Positions 14,089-29,010 of a stretch of DNA of 64,000 bases are shown here, one piece after another. Below the pieces are notes generated by a model. The model was not told the DNA's origin. It saw only the letters and a program-made list of their open reading frames with translations, and ran no database searches. The stretch lies in NCBI RefSeq assembly GCF_009914755.1, contig NC_060927.1, one strand, 5' to 3'. The stretch comes from the human T2T-CHM13v2.0 reference genome, Homo sapiens. Within the stretch, counting starts at the first letter, position 1. Each line of letters starts with the position of its first letter. Position numbers and translations under genes: made by a program.

Positions 14089-14616
14089 AAACGGAAATAC
14101 CAGACTGAGAAAAAAGTATGGAATCAAGCGCTGCATATAATCTAATAGCAAATACAAATATTTAGTGCTATATCTTATTCCAGATGCCAGTAAATTCAAA
14201 TCATTTGAAACAATATATCATACACTGAGAAACAGACTCAAGTTTCTTCAAAGTATTTTGATCAACAAATGACAAATTGCCCAAAGCATTACAAAAGAAC
14301 CTTTTGAAAGAGGGACTCAAAACAGAGTTCTCCTTGTGATTTTTGTCCCTGGCAACGTGATCTTGAACTTAACCTCACAGTATTTTAGTTTCCAACATAC
14401 ATACCCCTAAAACAAGATGATAATCAGGTTTCTACTAGCAGCCCCACTAGTTTCAAAAGGTAAAAGAAATCATACGATGTTAGAGCCACGAAAAACTCGT
14501 ACATAACCTCGTGCAACCCTTGCCTTTATTTTACAAATGAAGAAATAAAGGGCCAACATGTTTATTGATAACTCAAGTCAGAAAGCTCTTTTATTTCACA
14601 TGTTTAATGGACATTT

Positions 14617-14987
14617 CTTTTTATTATTTTGTATTTCCATCAGTTTTTGGTGAGCAGGTGGTGTTTGGTTACATGAGTTAAGTTTTTTAGTGGTGATTTG
14701 TGAAATTTTGGTGCACCCATCACCCAAGCAGTAATCACTGTACCCAATTTGTAGTCTTTTATCTTTCACCCTACTCTCACCCTTTCACCCAAGTCTCCGA
14801 AGTCCATTGTATCATTCTTATGCCTTTGCATCCTCATAGCTTAACTCCCACTTATGAGTGAAAACATAGCAATGTTTGGTTTTCCATTCTTCAGTTATTT
14901 CACTTAGAATAATGGTCTCCAACTCCACCCAGGTTGCTGCAAATGCCATTATTCTGTTACTTTTTATGGCTGAATAGTATTCTGTGG
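14617..14987 (-). mobile_element. L1PB1-like 3' end
   Basis: CAGGTGGTGTTTGGTTACATGA..TTTTGGTGCACCCATCACCC..GTCCATTGTATCATTCTTATGCCTTTGCATCCTCATAGC. Confidence 0.9.
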
Positions 14988-15126
14988 AATTGAGGGGTGG
15001 TTGTGGTGGTGGCTTATGGATACCTTCCTGGCTGTCATTTCAGGGGGTAGAGCTTTAATGGAGCTGGGTCCTGCCTTTGCGCTGAGGAGACCTCATTCCT
15101 GAGATCAGGCATGACCAAGTTAAGTG

Positions 15127-16444
<1,318 letters not shown>

Positions 16445-16969
16445 CAGAAAGCTCTTACTAAACATGCTTAGTATCAAGGATTTTCTGATACATAGTACCT
16501 GAAAAAGTACAGCATCAAGCTTCACACTGAAATAAGATGTCTAGAAAAGCGACAGTGACTTTTTAAAGTAAACTTTAAGTACATAATATCTGAATATATT
16601 TTTCTTAAAAAACAAAATATTTCATATAGAACTAAAATTCCTTTGCAAACTCAAATTTTACTCTCCTTCATTCAACTCAACCCCATTCCATTAAAGAGAA
16701 AAACAATTGCATCAGAATAGGATTTTTCTTTCCAAATATTTTATGTGTGTTGATAGGTATATATATGTAGCCACTGGGGAAAAATACTATTGGCATGTGG
16801 GGGGATCTGAATGTGATCTCAAATATGGGCAATCTTAATAATGTATTGAAGACCAACATTGTGCTTATGACCTGATGGTAAGCAAAAGACACAGCATCTT
16901 GGCACAAAATCTTTAACAATGATATTAACAAAGATTGTCTTTATGCACGTGATCATTTGTTTTTCTCTG

Positions 16970-17172
16970 TACTACTGGATTCAAATTCTTTCTTAGTACT
17001 TTCTAATAGTAAGACTTTAAACAAATCATTTAAATTCTTTGAGAATCGGTATCCTTATCTATATATAGTGAAGGTGATTACTATCTCATTGAGTGTCTAT
17101 AAAGACTAAATAAAATTAAATACCCAGGACACTGCCTGGAACATAGTATTTACTTGTATATCACTTATTATA
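16970..17172 (+). mobile_element. MIR
   Basis: CTGGATTCAAATTC..ACAAATCATTTAA..CCTTATCTATA..ACTGCCTGGAACATAGTA. Confidence 0.65.
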
Positions 17173-17869
17173 TTTGATTGTAATTAATTATCTTCCTTTC
17201 CCCTGGAAATGCTAATTATTTGAGGAATAATAAGACAATAAATTGTCTTTTCTATGTTCACCATTTTGAACAGTTCCTGTAATATATAGTACACATTGAA
17301 AAACTCTTGATTATCTGGCTATCTGGATGAACACATGGATTAGCAAATGTGTACACAGGTCAATTAAAGGGAGAGATGTAATTATTTGGAAAACTTAACC
17401 TATTTTCAAATAGCAAGGCCAAAATATTACTTTAATTTATCCTTAAATGTTTCATTTTATCAATATTTCAAAACTTTTTGTTCTTTATATATGCCATCTG
17501 CATGATATTCACCACACCAAGTATCACATGCACTGGTAGTTGTGAAACTTTATTCTGCCATATGAAAATGGTAATATTTGTATGACTTACTTGGGTGTAC
17601 CAACCATGCTGCTCCAAATCAGAAATTAGGAAAGAGATTACAACTCTCCAGCCACACCTAGGCTCCCAGTGAGTTGGGGGGTAGAGGTGGGGGGTCACTA
17701 GTAACTAATTATGGCATATCAGCCTCACAAACAGGGAAGGAGGCTCTAAATACTCTGGTTTACTTAATATCATTTATTTAAAATGACTTTAAATATTATT
17801 TCTATAGTTAACCTTATCCTAGTAGTAATATCTGTGAAATATTTTGTTGTTTTTGTTATTTATTACTTG

Positions 17870-18120
17870 GGAGGCACATCCATGTCATTTCAGGGCCAGG
17901 AGGCTCTGTAGAGGTTCTCTGAAGGAGTCTTTCCATCTGGAATGTCCCTGGCCACTGTGTTAGTGGGAAGACACCATGGTGAACAACATATTGGTTATTA
18001 AAGACGTCTTCCTCCATTTGCACTGGATAAAGCAATCTCACAGTCATAATGAAAACCAAGGTTGTGAGGAAATGTGATCCTCTGTCTTACAAGAGACTGA
18101 AAAACAGCCCCAATGACTAC
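17870..18120 (-). mobile_element. Old MaLR LTR fragment (MLT1K/L-like)
   Basis: CCATCTGGAATGTCCCTGGCCACTGTGTTAGTGGGAAGACACCATGGTGAA resembles the recalled MLT1K/L. Confidence 0.5.
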
Positions 18121-21100
18121 TCCTTATTTTCTTTTACTTTTTTCTTATTGAATACAATCAAAAAGGCTTTAGCATAAGGGAGCATATTTGAATAATTACA
18201 TATCAAAAATAATAATAAAATTCATTTTTATAAAAAGTATTCAAAATATAATAATGCTACTCAGCCTTTAAGTACAGAGGCAGAGAAAAGTTGGTGTAAC
18301 TTGGCAATAAGACCCATGGCTGTTATTGCAATGTCAATACTGTACCTGGATTAGCTTTACTTCTCAGTGTTTCACCCAATGATCATTTACAAACTCTAAG
18401 TTAAATTTTTCAAAATTTTGTCTTCAACATAATCATGCATGAAAGCATGCAACCCGTTTTTTAAAGATAGCGTAACTCCATCAGCCAAGAGAGTGAGCTT
18501 ATTCAAGCACAAGTGTGCTGCTGCTCCAGTGTATTTCATTGAGCCACAACCTATCTCTCAGTGGCAGATGCAGCTGCCCTGCAGTCCCATGGTGGGCATA
18601 TCACAATCACAGCCATTTCACTGCATTAACCATGATATTGCTGCCTGTCCTCTGATAATCCCACATTGCAGAACCAGCACACTATATCTAAGCAATTTAG
18701 ATATAGTACGTAGTGTAGGCCAGACTAGTCTGACTGATTAATAAAGTGTTAATTAACTGAAAAAGCCAAATAGGTTGGAGTTAAACAAATAGATGAAGTA
18801 CAAGTTTCCTTTGAGGAAAAAATTACTATAAATAGAAATGTGTCAGGGTAATGTCTGTGATATTTTTTAAGTATCCAAATAGGATCCCACACAGAATTAT
18901 GAAACAAAATTTCTGAATATTTTGTTGTGTTTTTTTTTTTTGCTTTTCATTTGAATGTCTTAATATGTCTCTGTCTCATTCTGTGGAAATTATATAAAAG
19001 TAGCACATTCTCTATCCCACATGCAGTGTCTGTACTGACAGGTGGCAGGTGGAAAGCATCTCTAAAAGTAATGTGCCCCTATATTTCTAAATGCCCTATG
19101 GCATACCTTGATGATACACAGTATGATATAAGAAATGTGCTCTAAATCTTCAATATGGCAGCCAATTTCCATTCTATACACTAAGCAGATATGAAGCATG
19201 GAGACCTGATGGAACATGCATCCTTCAACCTGGTAAATGCAGCTAGATTAACACAAATATTTAAAAACAGCCAATAATTATAGAAGTGTTACTTGCCATT
19301 GCATAATTATTTAATAAACCATATAAGATACAACTGTTACTCAGTCACAGAGGCCCTTTTCACACTGCACCATATGGCTAATGGCAGCAATTGCACATCA
19401 CACCATACTGAGTATTCCTTCTCATCATACTGTATTGGCTACAGACTCAGTTTGCAGCTAATGTGTGTGTTAGCCTTTCACTGCATGTTTATTTTATGAG
19501 ATGGTGGTGTCTGTTTTTGGTGTTGAGTCTAAAATAGTAAGCTACTATTTTAATACTTTAACTGCTAAGTTACCTCAATATTACTTTTCCAAGATGCATT
19601 TTTAAATATAAGTTTTGTTATATTTTGCCCAGCTGTAATTCCAAATTCTGGTCTTCTACATTTTGATAAGTGTCAACAGGGGAGGTCTATGTTTATTATA
19701 ACATCACTGGTAGATGTAAAAAGCTAAATTCAATTATGTACTGGCATCACCTGAGAACATTTAATTGGTGGATTTCTTTTCTATATCTACTATAAGGTTG
19801 ATAGCAAAACTCAGAGAGGCTCAAATAATTTAGTTACAGAAACTCTATCTTACACGTCCAGCCTCCAAGAACACCTCAGTGAGGCTTTTACAGCAAACTT
19901 TTTACTAAATATCAGCCCATGTTGGGATATTCCAGGCACATATCTTCAACATATTGTTTTTAAATGAACATGAATTGAGTAATGCCTATTTTTGGTTTTG
20001 AGGGTAAAAAAAGCAGGAAAAATGTCAGACTGAAAAGTTGCAAAAGTAACATCAATTTAATTTCCAAAAATAAAACCAAATATTGGGTGAACTTATTCAG
20101 ATTTAACAATCATGTAAACTAATTCATTTTCAACTTTCATACCAGATGTTTTGGCACTGGTGTTAGATTCTAAAATGATTTGGATGGGAGAGATGAAATC
20201 ATCCCTGGGAATAAGAAGACTAGCCATTGTATCTAAACAATTAAAAAAAATAGGAAGTGAAAAGTACATGATCAGCATCACACTATTTGCCTGGAAGTAA
20301 AAAGAAATATGAGAAATATGTTTTGTTTTATTTTGGGTTCTTAAAAAGATATAGTTTTAATTTCATATTAGGGAAACCTGTTTCTGGTTGACAAATTTTG
20401 TTTCTAAACATTAGAATGTTTCAAGTTAGAAAAAAAATGTTTACCCTCTTTGAATTTAATCAAATTTGTTAATGGCAGAAATTAGCATGACTAGTGCTTA
20501 GCAGAAAATCAAGATGATTACTCCTAACATGTCCCAGCTTTACAGAACCCAACGTGTTCATTTTGTATTTCAGCCAACATAATTTTGTAGCAATTTGGCT
20601 TCAACTATCTTTCAAGGATGAACAGAATAAAAGATTAAGTTTTCCTTGTTCAAAAAAGAATCATTTAAAAATGAGACAAATTTGATACGACTTTGGTTGG
20701 AAATATAACCTCCATGTTTATAAAAATTCACGTATAAAATCATGAAATTAGATGAACTAAGGCTTTCCGATTAGAAAACAAAAATTACTACTATAATCTT
20801 CCCAGATTCAACAGAGAATTCTTATTTTGTTCGGCAGCCTATTTGTTGGGTAAAATTTTGTGTTTGTGTGTTTCTTTATAATATATTCTAAAACATAAAT
20901 TATAAACAGAACTACAAATGGACCTTCGTTCACTCTGAGTTTGAGGTTAATAGCTGAATATGTGTTAAACCCTAGTTTTAAAAATAAAAATCACAAAAGA
21001 CATCAATGCTATCCAACTATCAAAATTATCAATTTTGATTATTAAAGCACTTATTTCTTTCATAACTAATTTAACCTATTTCTACATTACACTTGTTATA

Positions 21101-24029
21101 TTAAAAATGCATATATCTCTAATGAGACAACGTGTGACAAGAAAAATAAATAAATAATAAGAATGCATGTATCTCTATTCTAATTAATTTGTTTTTCAAT
21201 ACCATCAGCTTTGTTAGATAGAACATGTATTGCCTAATTTGTAGGTGGACAGTGGAAGCATGATTTATTAAGACTATGATCCTCTATTTTTATGAAGCTT
21301 GCTTATTCCTTTTTTGCCTTGCTATTAATCTGGCTATGAATGATTATTTTTCTTTTTTCGATAGCCAATGATGAGAAACAAAATGGGTAAGGATTGCCTT
21401 TATTATGTGTCAACTTTCTCTCTGGTTCTTTACTTCAAGGAATAAAAGAAATCTTTGGTTTGTTTTTCTTTTTCCCCCCAGTGAGCAAGAAGTGAGCCTG
21501 CAAAATCACATAGTACATAAAAGAAAGGCTTAGGTGATTTGTCATCAGGGACGATTAGCTTGCTTTAATTTCTCTGCTTTACAGATACTAAGAATAAAAT
21601 TTCTGCTATAGCTAGAACAGTGCCCCAGCTGATTTAACTACCATAAATTCCTGCCACTTCACTGGGCTATGGGCTAAAATTTGTAAGGTCTGGCTCCTTG
21701 GCACCATATGATTTTATTATGCCTGATCTTATAGTGATGTGGGATATGCAAGGGCACCAGGATGTCCATAGTAAATAAGTTGTTTCAATGCACCTAATAG
21801 TACCCTGGTGCCAAGGAAGTGTTAATTTACTTCACATGAGTGAACAGTCTACTTCTAGACAGCAGTTTACCCACCCAGGCTCACCATAGGATTAGCCCAT
21901 TACTAATAAGGCTTTTGCCTTTGTTCACTTCTACAATGAGTCCTGCCTTTGATACATCATTTTCAGAGCTATTGCTTTATAGTTCGGTGCATTGGTATCA
22001 AGATCTTTTTTTTTTTTAAACAGTACAGAATTAGGACTCATTTGAATGAGAAAAGTCATGAATTTAATGTATAACACAGGTAAAACTGACATGAATTTAT
22101 TTGGTTGTTTCTCATTCTTCTCCCGGGTTCCTCAGGCATTTCCAATAAATGACACCCAGGGAAAGAATAGGCCCAACATGCTAAACTCTCTACTGACTAC
22201 TATATACAAACACCCACAAATAAAAAAACTACTGAGCTTTAATTGCTTGTTAATAAGTTTTTTTAATTGACCTACTGTAGTTTGGTGTATTCTGTTATCT
22301 TTTGTTTGTTTTATCCAGAGGCCATGCTGTGATATCGCCTCAATGAACCAAAGACAGGGAAATACACAGCCTAGATATGTATAAACTAAAACAGTTGGCA
22401 TTTCTCTCTCCTGATGATTTTTGTTCTTTGTAAAATCACTAAGAAATTTTTGAAAAAAAAGACTAGAAAAATAAAAATTGGAATAATAAAACCTTCATTT
22501 CTATGGATTATCTCACATCTTTGAACATATATTCCTAGTTCCTCAATCACATAATTGAAATATTTTATTTCTACATTTTGACAACAATATTTATAATCAA
22601 AGCAATACTCTTCTATGATGTTTTCAATGAATACATTTTTTTCAATAATTCAAAACAGTAAGTTTTGCATCTTTTTGGTGGGTGTGTATTTTAGAGAAAA
22701 TTATTAGATTTTCTCAAGAACAGACACCAAAGTCAACAGGTTAAAATCATGTCAACAAACAAATTCTTCAGTGGGTTTCAAACAGAAAAATTACATTTTC
22801 TATCCACCTAAATTAGAGAAGCTATTTTATATAATAGTCTACTTCACAGGTAATATACTATATTTTACATTCGACACTGTGCCATATTTTATCTACATAT
22901 TTTATTTGTGAATATTTCTACAGCAAACATTCATTCTCTGGGATATGTTTTTGCAACAACAGTATTAAGTGGGGAAAATGCACACTCTGTTTGAGATGGG
23001 GAAGATCCCCAACTGCGAGCAATGTTAAGAATGGAAATACATAAGATGTTACAATAAAGTAATAAAACTAATTTCCTTGTGTGGTTCATAAGCTAGCTCT
23101 AAAGTCAGTTCCATGAATGGCCTTCCAAAAATGTTCTCAACGGTGGCAAGACTATGAAAATCACCACCTCTCTTGAAGTCCAGTGTTAAAAGGTGCAATA
23201 ATGAGTGTTAACATTTCTATACTTTTGTAAAAAGACATACCTTCTTAAAAGTTTTACCTTCTGAAGTCATTTCAGGTCTAATCTTTTTGTAATTCCATCA
23301 GAAACTTATAAAATTCTTTGAAATGCTTGAGAAAGCATTAAAGTTCCAAATATCTTCCACACAATTATTCACATTTTACATCGCATGTTATAACATTCTG
23401 GTGAAGTGAGGTTGCTTAAAGGGGTACATGTATTTTGTATATCTAACCTGAATGTAAGGAGATGAATAATTATTTTCTGTTAAGTATTTTAAGCAACTCG
23501 AGAAAGACATGTAATAAGATCCATCAAGAATTATCAATGAACCAAGGAGAATCTCAGTATGCAAGAAAGATCCCATTTCTTCCTGATTGCAATTTATGTA
23601 CTCTAGTAACTTCAAATTGATAGTATATTAAAAATTCAAAGTATTATTCTATAGCGCTTTTGAATTTCAAGAGCTAAACCTTAAAACTTACTTGATACTA
23701 ACCTAAGTTACATGCCTTGGGAAGGAGGCATGTAAAACACAAAACACTTTCTGTCATAGGAAGAAGACGGACCTCATTCAATGGTTTTTGACATTTGATA
23801 ATAATTGCTTCTTCATCTGAAGATAAATAGTTCTCCCAAGTTTTTCACATCAGTTGCTGATAGTCACATAAGTTCTCCTTTTAATGCAAAAAAGCATTAG
23901 ATGGTTTACAAAGTTAGAAAATAAAGCTTTTTGCTAATATCAAATATCAATAAAAGAATAATTACCTAGTCATTGCCCATATCAGTTAAGGACAAAAATC
24001 TATATATCAAGGCCTACATGTTTGATGCA

Positions 24030-24167
24030 TCATGTCAGAGATGAAAGGAACTTTTCAAGTTATTAGCATGTCGTTTTACAAGTAGAAGAACCCAGGTCCA
24101 GAAAAGTACAGTGATTTACCCAACATCCACAGTAAATTAGTGAAAGAGCCAGAATGAAAACCCAGAA
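24030..24167 (-). mobile_element. MIR/MIR3 fragment
   Basis: TTTTACAAGTAGAAGAACCCAGGTCCAGAAAAGTACAGTGATTTACCCAACATCCACAGTAAATTAGTG. Confidence 0.65.
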
Positions 24168-24474
24168 TTATAAGCACACTGTGGAAAACTACAGTCTATT
24201 CTGTTTGCCAGTGCAAACAGAAGCCTCACTTATCAAAGTCCAGATTCTCCTCTTTGGAAGGGGCAGCTGGTCAGGGTCAGTTGCAGAGCCTCCTGGCCAC
24301 TGATGAGTTTACTCATTACAAAATGATTTGAACTGTGGTCCCCAAAGGTACTAGCATGTGGACTGACACGGGCTACCAAAAACAAGCTCAGTGTGAGTAG
24401 TTGTGCAGTTTGGCTCTACACATTGGTAAATGACTAAAGAGTTGAAGACGAGTTGAACTCCAGCCCATGCTCAA

Positions 24475-24953
24475 TGTGATGGTTAATTTTACATGTCAAC
24501 TTGGCTGAACCATAGTGCCCAGATATTTTGTCATACATTATTCTGTGTGTTTCTCTGAACTTGTTCTTGTTTTATTGTTTTTGTTTTTGTTTTGTTTTGT
24601 TTTTATGAGATTAACATTTAAATTGATAAACTCTGAGAAAAGCAAATTATCCTCAATAATGTGGGTGGGTCTTGTTCAATATTGAAGGCTTAATGGAACA
24701 AAGTTTGAACTTCCCCAAGAAAGAAGAAATGCTACTCACAGGCTTCACCTCTAAAAGTTACTGCAACTTTTCCCTCAGTCTCCAACCCACAAACCCGCTA
24801 CATTAGACTTTAGACCCACAAGTCCTCTATAATTGTGTGAGTCATTTTCTTAAAGTAAATCTGTTTCTCTCTCTCTTTTTGTTCTCTCTCTCTGTCTCTC
24901 CACATACATATATACATCCTGTAGCTCCTGGTGCTCTGGAGAAGCCTAATACA
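24475..24953 (+). mobile_element. ERVL solo LTR (MLT2B/D-like)
   Basis: Starts TGTGATGGTTAATTTTACATGTCAACTTGGCT, contains AATGTGGGTGGG, ends CTCTGGAGAAGCCTAATACA. Confidence 0.9.
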
Positions 24954-25571
24954 GCCTACTCAACATTCATGATGGAAGGTGTACTTTTCTCTAATCTTCA
25001 TAGAAGTACTTATATGGGCTGGCAAAGTCCTGTCTTTCCTTGTCACTTATTTTTCATACCATGTCACTTATTTTTCATACCATAAATAGTAATAAGTTAA
25101 ACACTAAGGATTCATTCTACTTAGTTCCTTGAAATTCATGTTTTAAATATTAACAAAACTTAAAACATGCCCCTGAAAGATGCCTGGAAATTCAGGGTCA
25201 CCTTTGACACAACTAGACTTAAAAAAAAGAAACCAGAAGATACCATCAGGTGGTAAAACCTTTCTCATAGGCCCCAATTTCCTCCTCCATTGTGTAACTT
25301 TGACCTATGGTTTCCCTGTCCCCTTCTGACCCTGACCTCTTGAGTTGCTGATTGCTCTGCTCTCTGCAGTTTTGATACCTGTGTGACCCCTACATACAGG
25401 ATTCTGTTTGTTTTCTATCCTTGGACTGGACTGGACTGTACCTCTAAATAGCTTGGTTACAAGAGCTCAACATAAAGGTCCTAATTCCTTCTCATGACAG
25501 AGCTAGGCCTTAGAATAGTGGAATTTGATATGTATTTATTAACTCATGTTACCCTAGCCGACTTTCTATAA

Positions 25572-26190
<619 letters not shown>

Positions 26191-27729
26191 TTGAAGCATA
26201 TTTTATATAAAGTTCTTTTCCTACCTTAAATTATATACCTTAAAATATTTTAAGTTTTAAGCCCTGCATGCATTAGGTATTTGTCCTAATGCTCTCCCTC
26301 CCCTTTTTTGGAGCATATTTTATATAAAGTTCTTTTCCTACCTTAAATTATATACCTTAAAATATATTAACTCAGTAAAAATAAGTTAGCTATATGCTTC
26401 TAATCAGTGTCACATAAATGGGGACTTCTTTAGCATAATCATGATAAAATTTCTAGTGAACAACCCCAAGGTAGAAGATCCCATTTTGTGGCATGCAATA
26501 TGAGATCAGATAACTGAAGTATGCAGCACTGTACATGGCTCTGCCTGCCTCCCACAAAGAAATCGAGAATTTTAGCCAAGAAAGCAAACAACCTGCAATT
26601 TTTGGAAACTTTTTTTATTTTCTACATCATGAATATAAAATACTTTCATAAATATGTGTATATATATTTTAAAGGCTCTCCCAAGACAATATATGTAATA
26701 TGATTTTGGTGGGGTTTGGCTTATTTACTGGTAGATGTGTGGCTGGAAAAATAAGCAAGCTTTTGAAACAAAGCCTTCTCCAGTTAAACACATAAATTAT
26801 CCATGTTTAATGAAATACACCAGTTTCTCCTTTATAAGACCTTTCCTGACTGTCTGGATCTTAGACTTTGGATTTCAGGTCAATTACAGCCACTCTACTA
26901 TCTTAGTTTGGTGCTTAATCTTTCAACTGTGATGTTATATTTCTATGTATACAATCTTATTTTATTTATTACTAGATTCTGAAATTTTTCAGGCAATAAT
27001 TTTGTTTCCATGAATTTTTTGTATCTTATACATGGCATCTTCTAGTTGAACGACCAATATTTTCTTTATTGATTGAGGAGTGCTATCTTCTTTTTAGGTG
27101 ATGCTGAACCTATAAGATGAGATCAGCTTTCTGTTTTAAAGATTGATAGGCAATACATAATTTAAATTGGATTTAGTTAAACTAAAAAAGATTCCATATC
27201 CGGTCTTCCAGAACTGCCAGTTTGCCATTTTGGAGGATTAAAATACAAATCCAAGATGCTGACATCATCTATATTCACTCCCCTTGTGGCTCTTACGACA
27301 GCAAAGAACCAGAGCTGTTACAGATGAAACTAGCATTGGTGAACCAGATCTTTTACCTTTGTCAGCCAGCAGCACGCATTCAGTTTGTACTCTGATCTTA
27401 ATGACTTTCATTCTGTAATAAGTTCCTAATATTCATTCTTTGTAAAGCATTCCACAATCAGTGTTCTCTTCATTTAACCCTCTGTTGTCACCCTCCGATC
27501 TTAAGCAATTGTGGAAGCTGACATTTTCTGTATCTTAATTTTAAAAGTGAAAAAAAAAACTACTGACAGTAAAGATATTCACTCTCACTCAAAAATATTT
27601 TGATACAAAGTATTGAAATTTCAGTTGCTGTTTGGGCACCATCTTCCCGTAGGATTTGTTAGGTAGATATTTCTATCTCCAAATCTACTCCAAAGTAGAA
27701 AGGGGAAACGTTGTCCAGATTTATCTATT

Positions 27730-27845
27730 ATTTATTCATTAATTTAAAAAAATATTGACTATAAGCTATATACCAGGCACAGAGCATGTTCTGGAGAGAG
27801 AACTGTAAACAAGGTAGATTTAGTTCTAGTCCTCATAGGGCTACC
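27730..27845 (-). mobile_element. L2 3' end fragment
   Basis: TTATTCATT..AAATATTGA..CTATATACCAGGCAC..AAACAAGGTAGA..GTCCTCATAGGGCT. Confidence 0.6.
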
Positions 27846-29010
27846 AATAAGTGATAAAAATATATAAGTAGAGGTGTCTAAGCCTTGGAGACTTACAAAA
27901 AGTCATCTTCTGAGGCCACAACACATGCAAAATAATTACATGATACCTTGAATTAAGTTAACTACAGTAAAAAGTTCTAATAAGCATCAATCTTAATGAA
28001 ACAAACATAACCATATGAGATTATGAAGCACAGCCTAGAAAAACGTCCACTCATTCCACTTCATGGCAGAATCAGTACTAAAACTTGTTTTCTGACAGAT
28101 TGCATTGCTTGATTAAACGAAACAATGTCATAGCCCAGAACAGTGTCAACTCAAATCCAGTTTAGTTATACACATTTCATTTCTCCTTTCTCTGTCTCTT
28201 CTAACTCACTCCAGCACTCTGCCTTTTCTGAAAAGAATAAATCACAGACAAGATAAGAGACAAAGATGGCATTGTTTTACTTATGGCTCAAGTCAAAGGG
28301 GACTTGCCCCTTGAATATTCCTGAATTTGGAGATATCTTTTATTTGATTTATTTTCTTTACATGTGATCAAAGAGAGAAAGCATAATGGCATCTATTTAG
28401 GAAGAAATTCTAACCATACAAAATAAATAGAATAAAACAGTGAGGTTTTTCTCTCTGGCTCACACATGTGAAACAATTCTAGGAAAAAAAAAAAGTAGTC
28501 TGCCTTCATTGCTCAAGAAAACCACTGACAAACTTTAAATAAATAAAGACTGCTGTTATTCACCTTAGAACATACCATGAAGTCACTCCTCAGAAATCAC
28601 AAATCCAGATCTGTAGAAGGATCTCTTATGCATTAGAAGGCCCTAAATTGCCTCTTAAGAGTAAATTTCCTACGTGTCCATATTTTAAGTCAGAGCATTC
28701 CAGACACATACTCAAACTTAAGGCGAATATGTTGTGCCAGCTTCAAGTGAAAAAGTAAGAAACAACAAAACAAATTTCATCTGATACATACAGATTTACA
28801 AACTAGCATTTATCCCATAAGCATCTTTGTATCTGCCTCCTCAAAATTCTATTAAGTATAAACAAAGACTAGTTCAGAACGTCATATTTTAAAAGATGTA
28901 ATTATTAATACATTCATAACTTAAAAGGAAATTGTAAACTCTTTGGCAACTTCTAAGTTAATAATTTTGTTGACAAAATAAGTCATAAATATTTTTTCTA
29001 TTTTGTGGTG

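Noticed and set aside
21694-21818. 12-bp inverted repeat TCCTTGGCACCA / TGGTGCCAAGGA about 100 bp apart
   Set aside because: No TSD, no extended pairing and no recognised MITE
23708-23735. Hairpin TTACATGCCT-N8-AGGCATGTAA
   Set aside because: A 10-bp stem is too short for a pre-miRNA and near chance expectation
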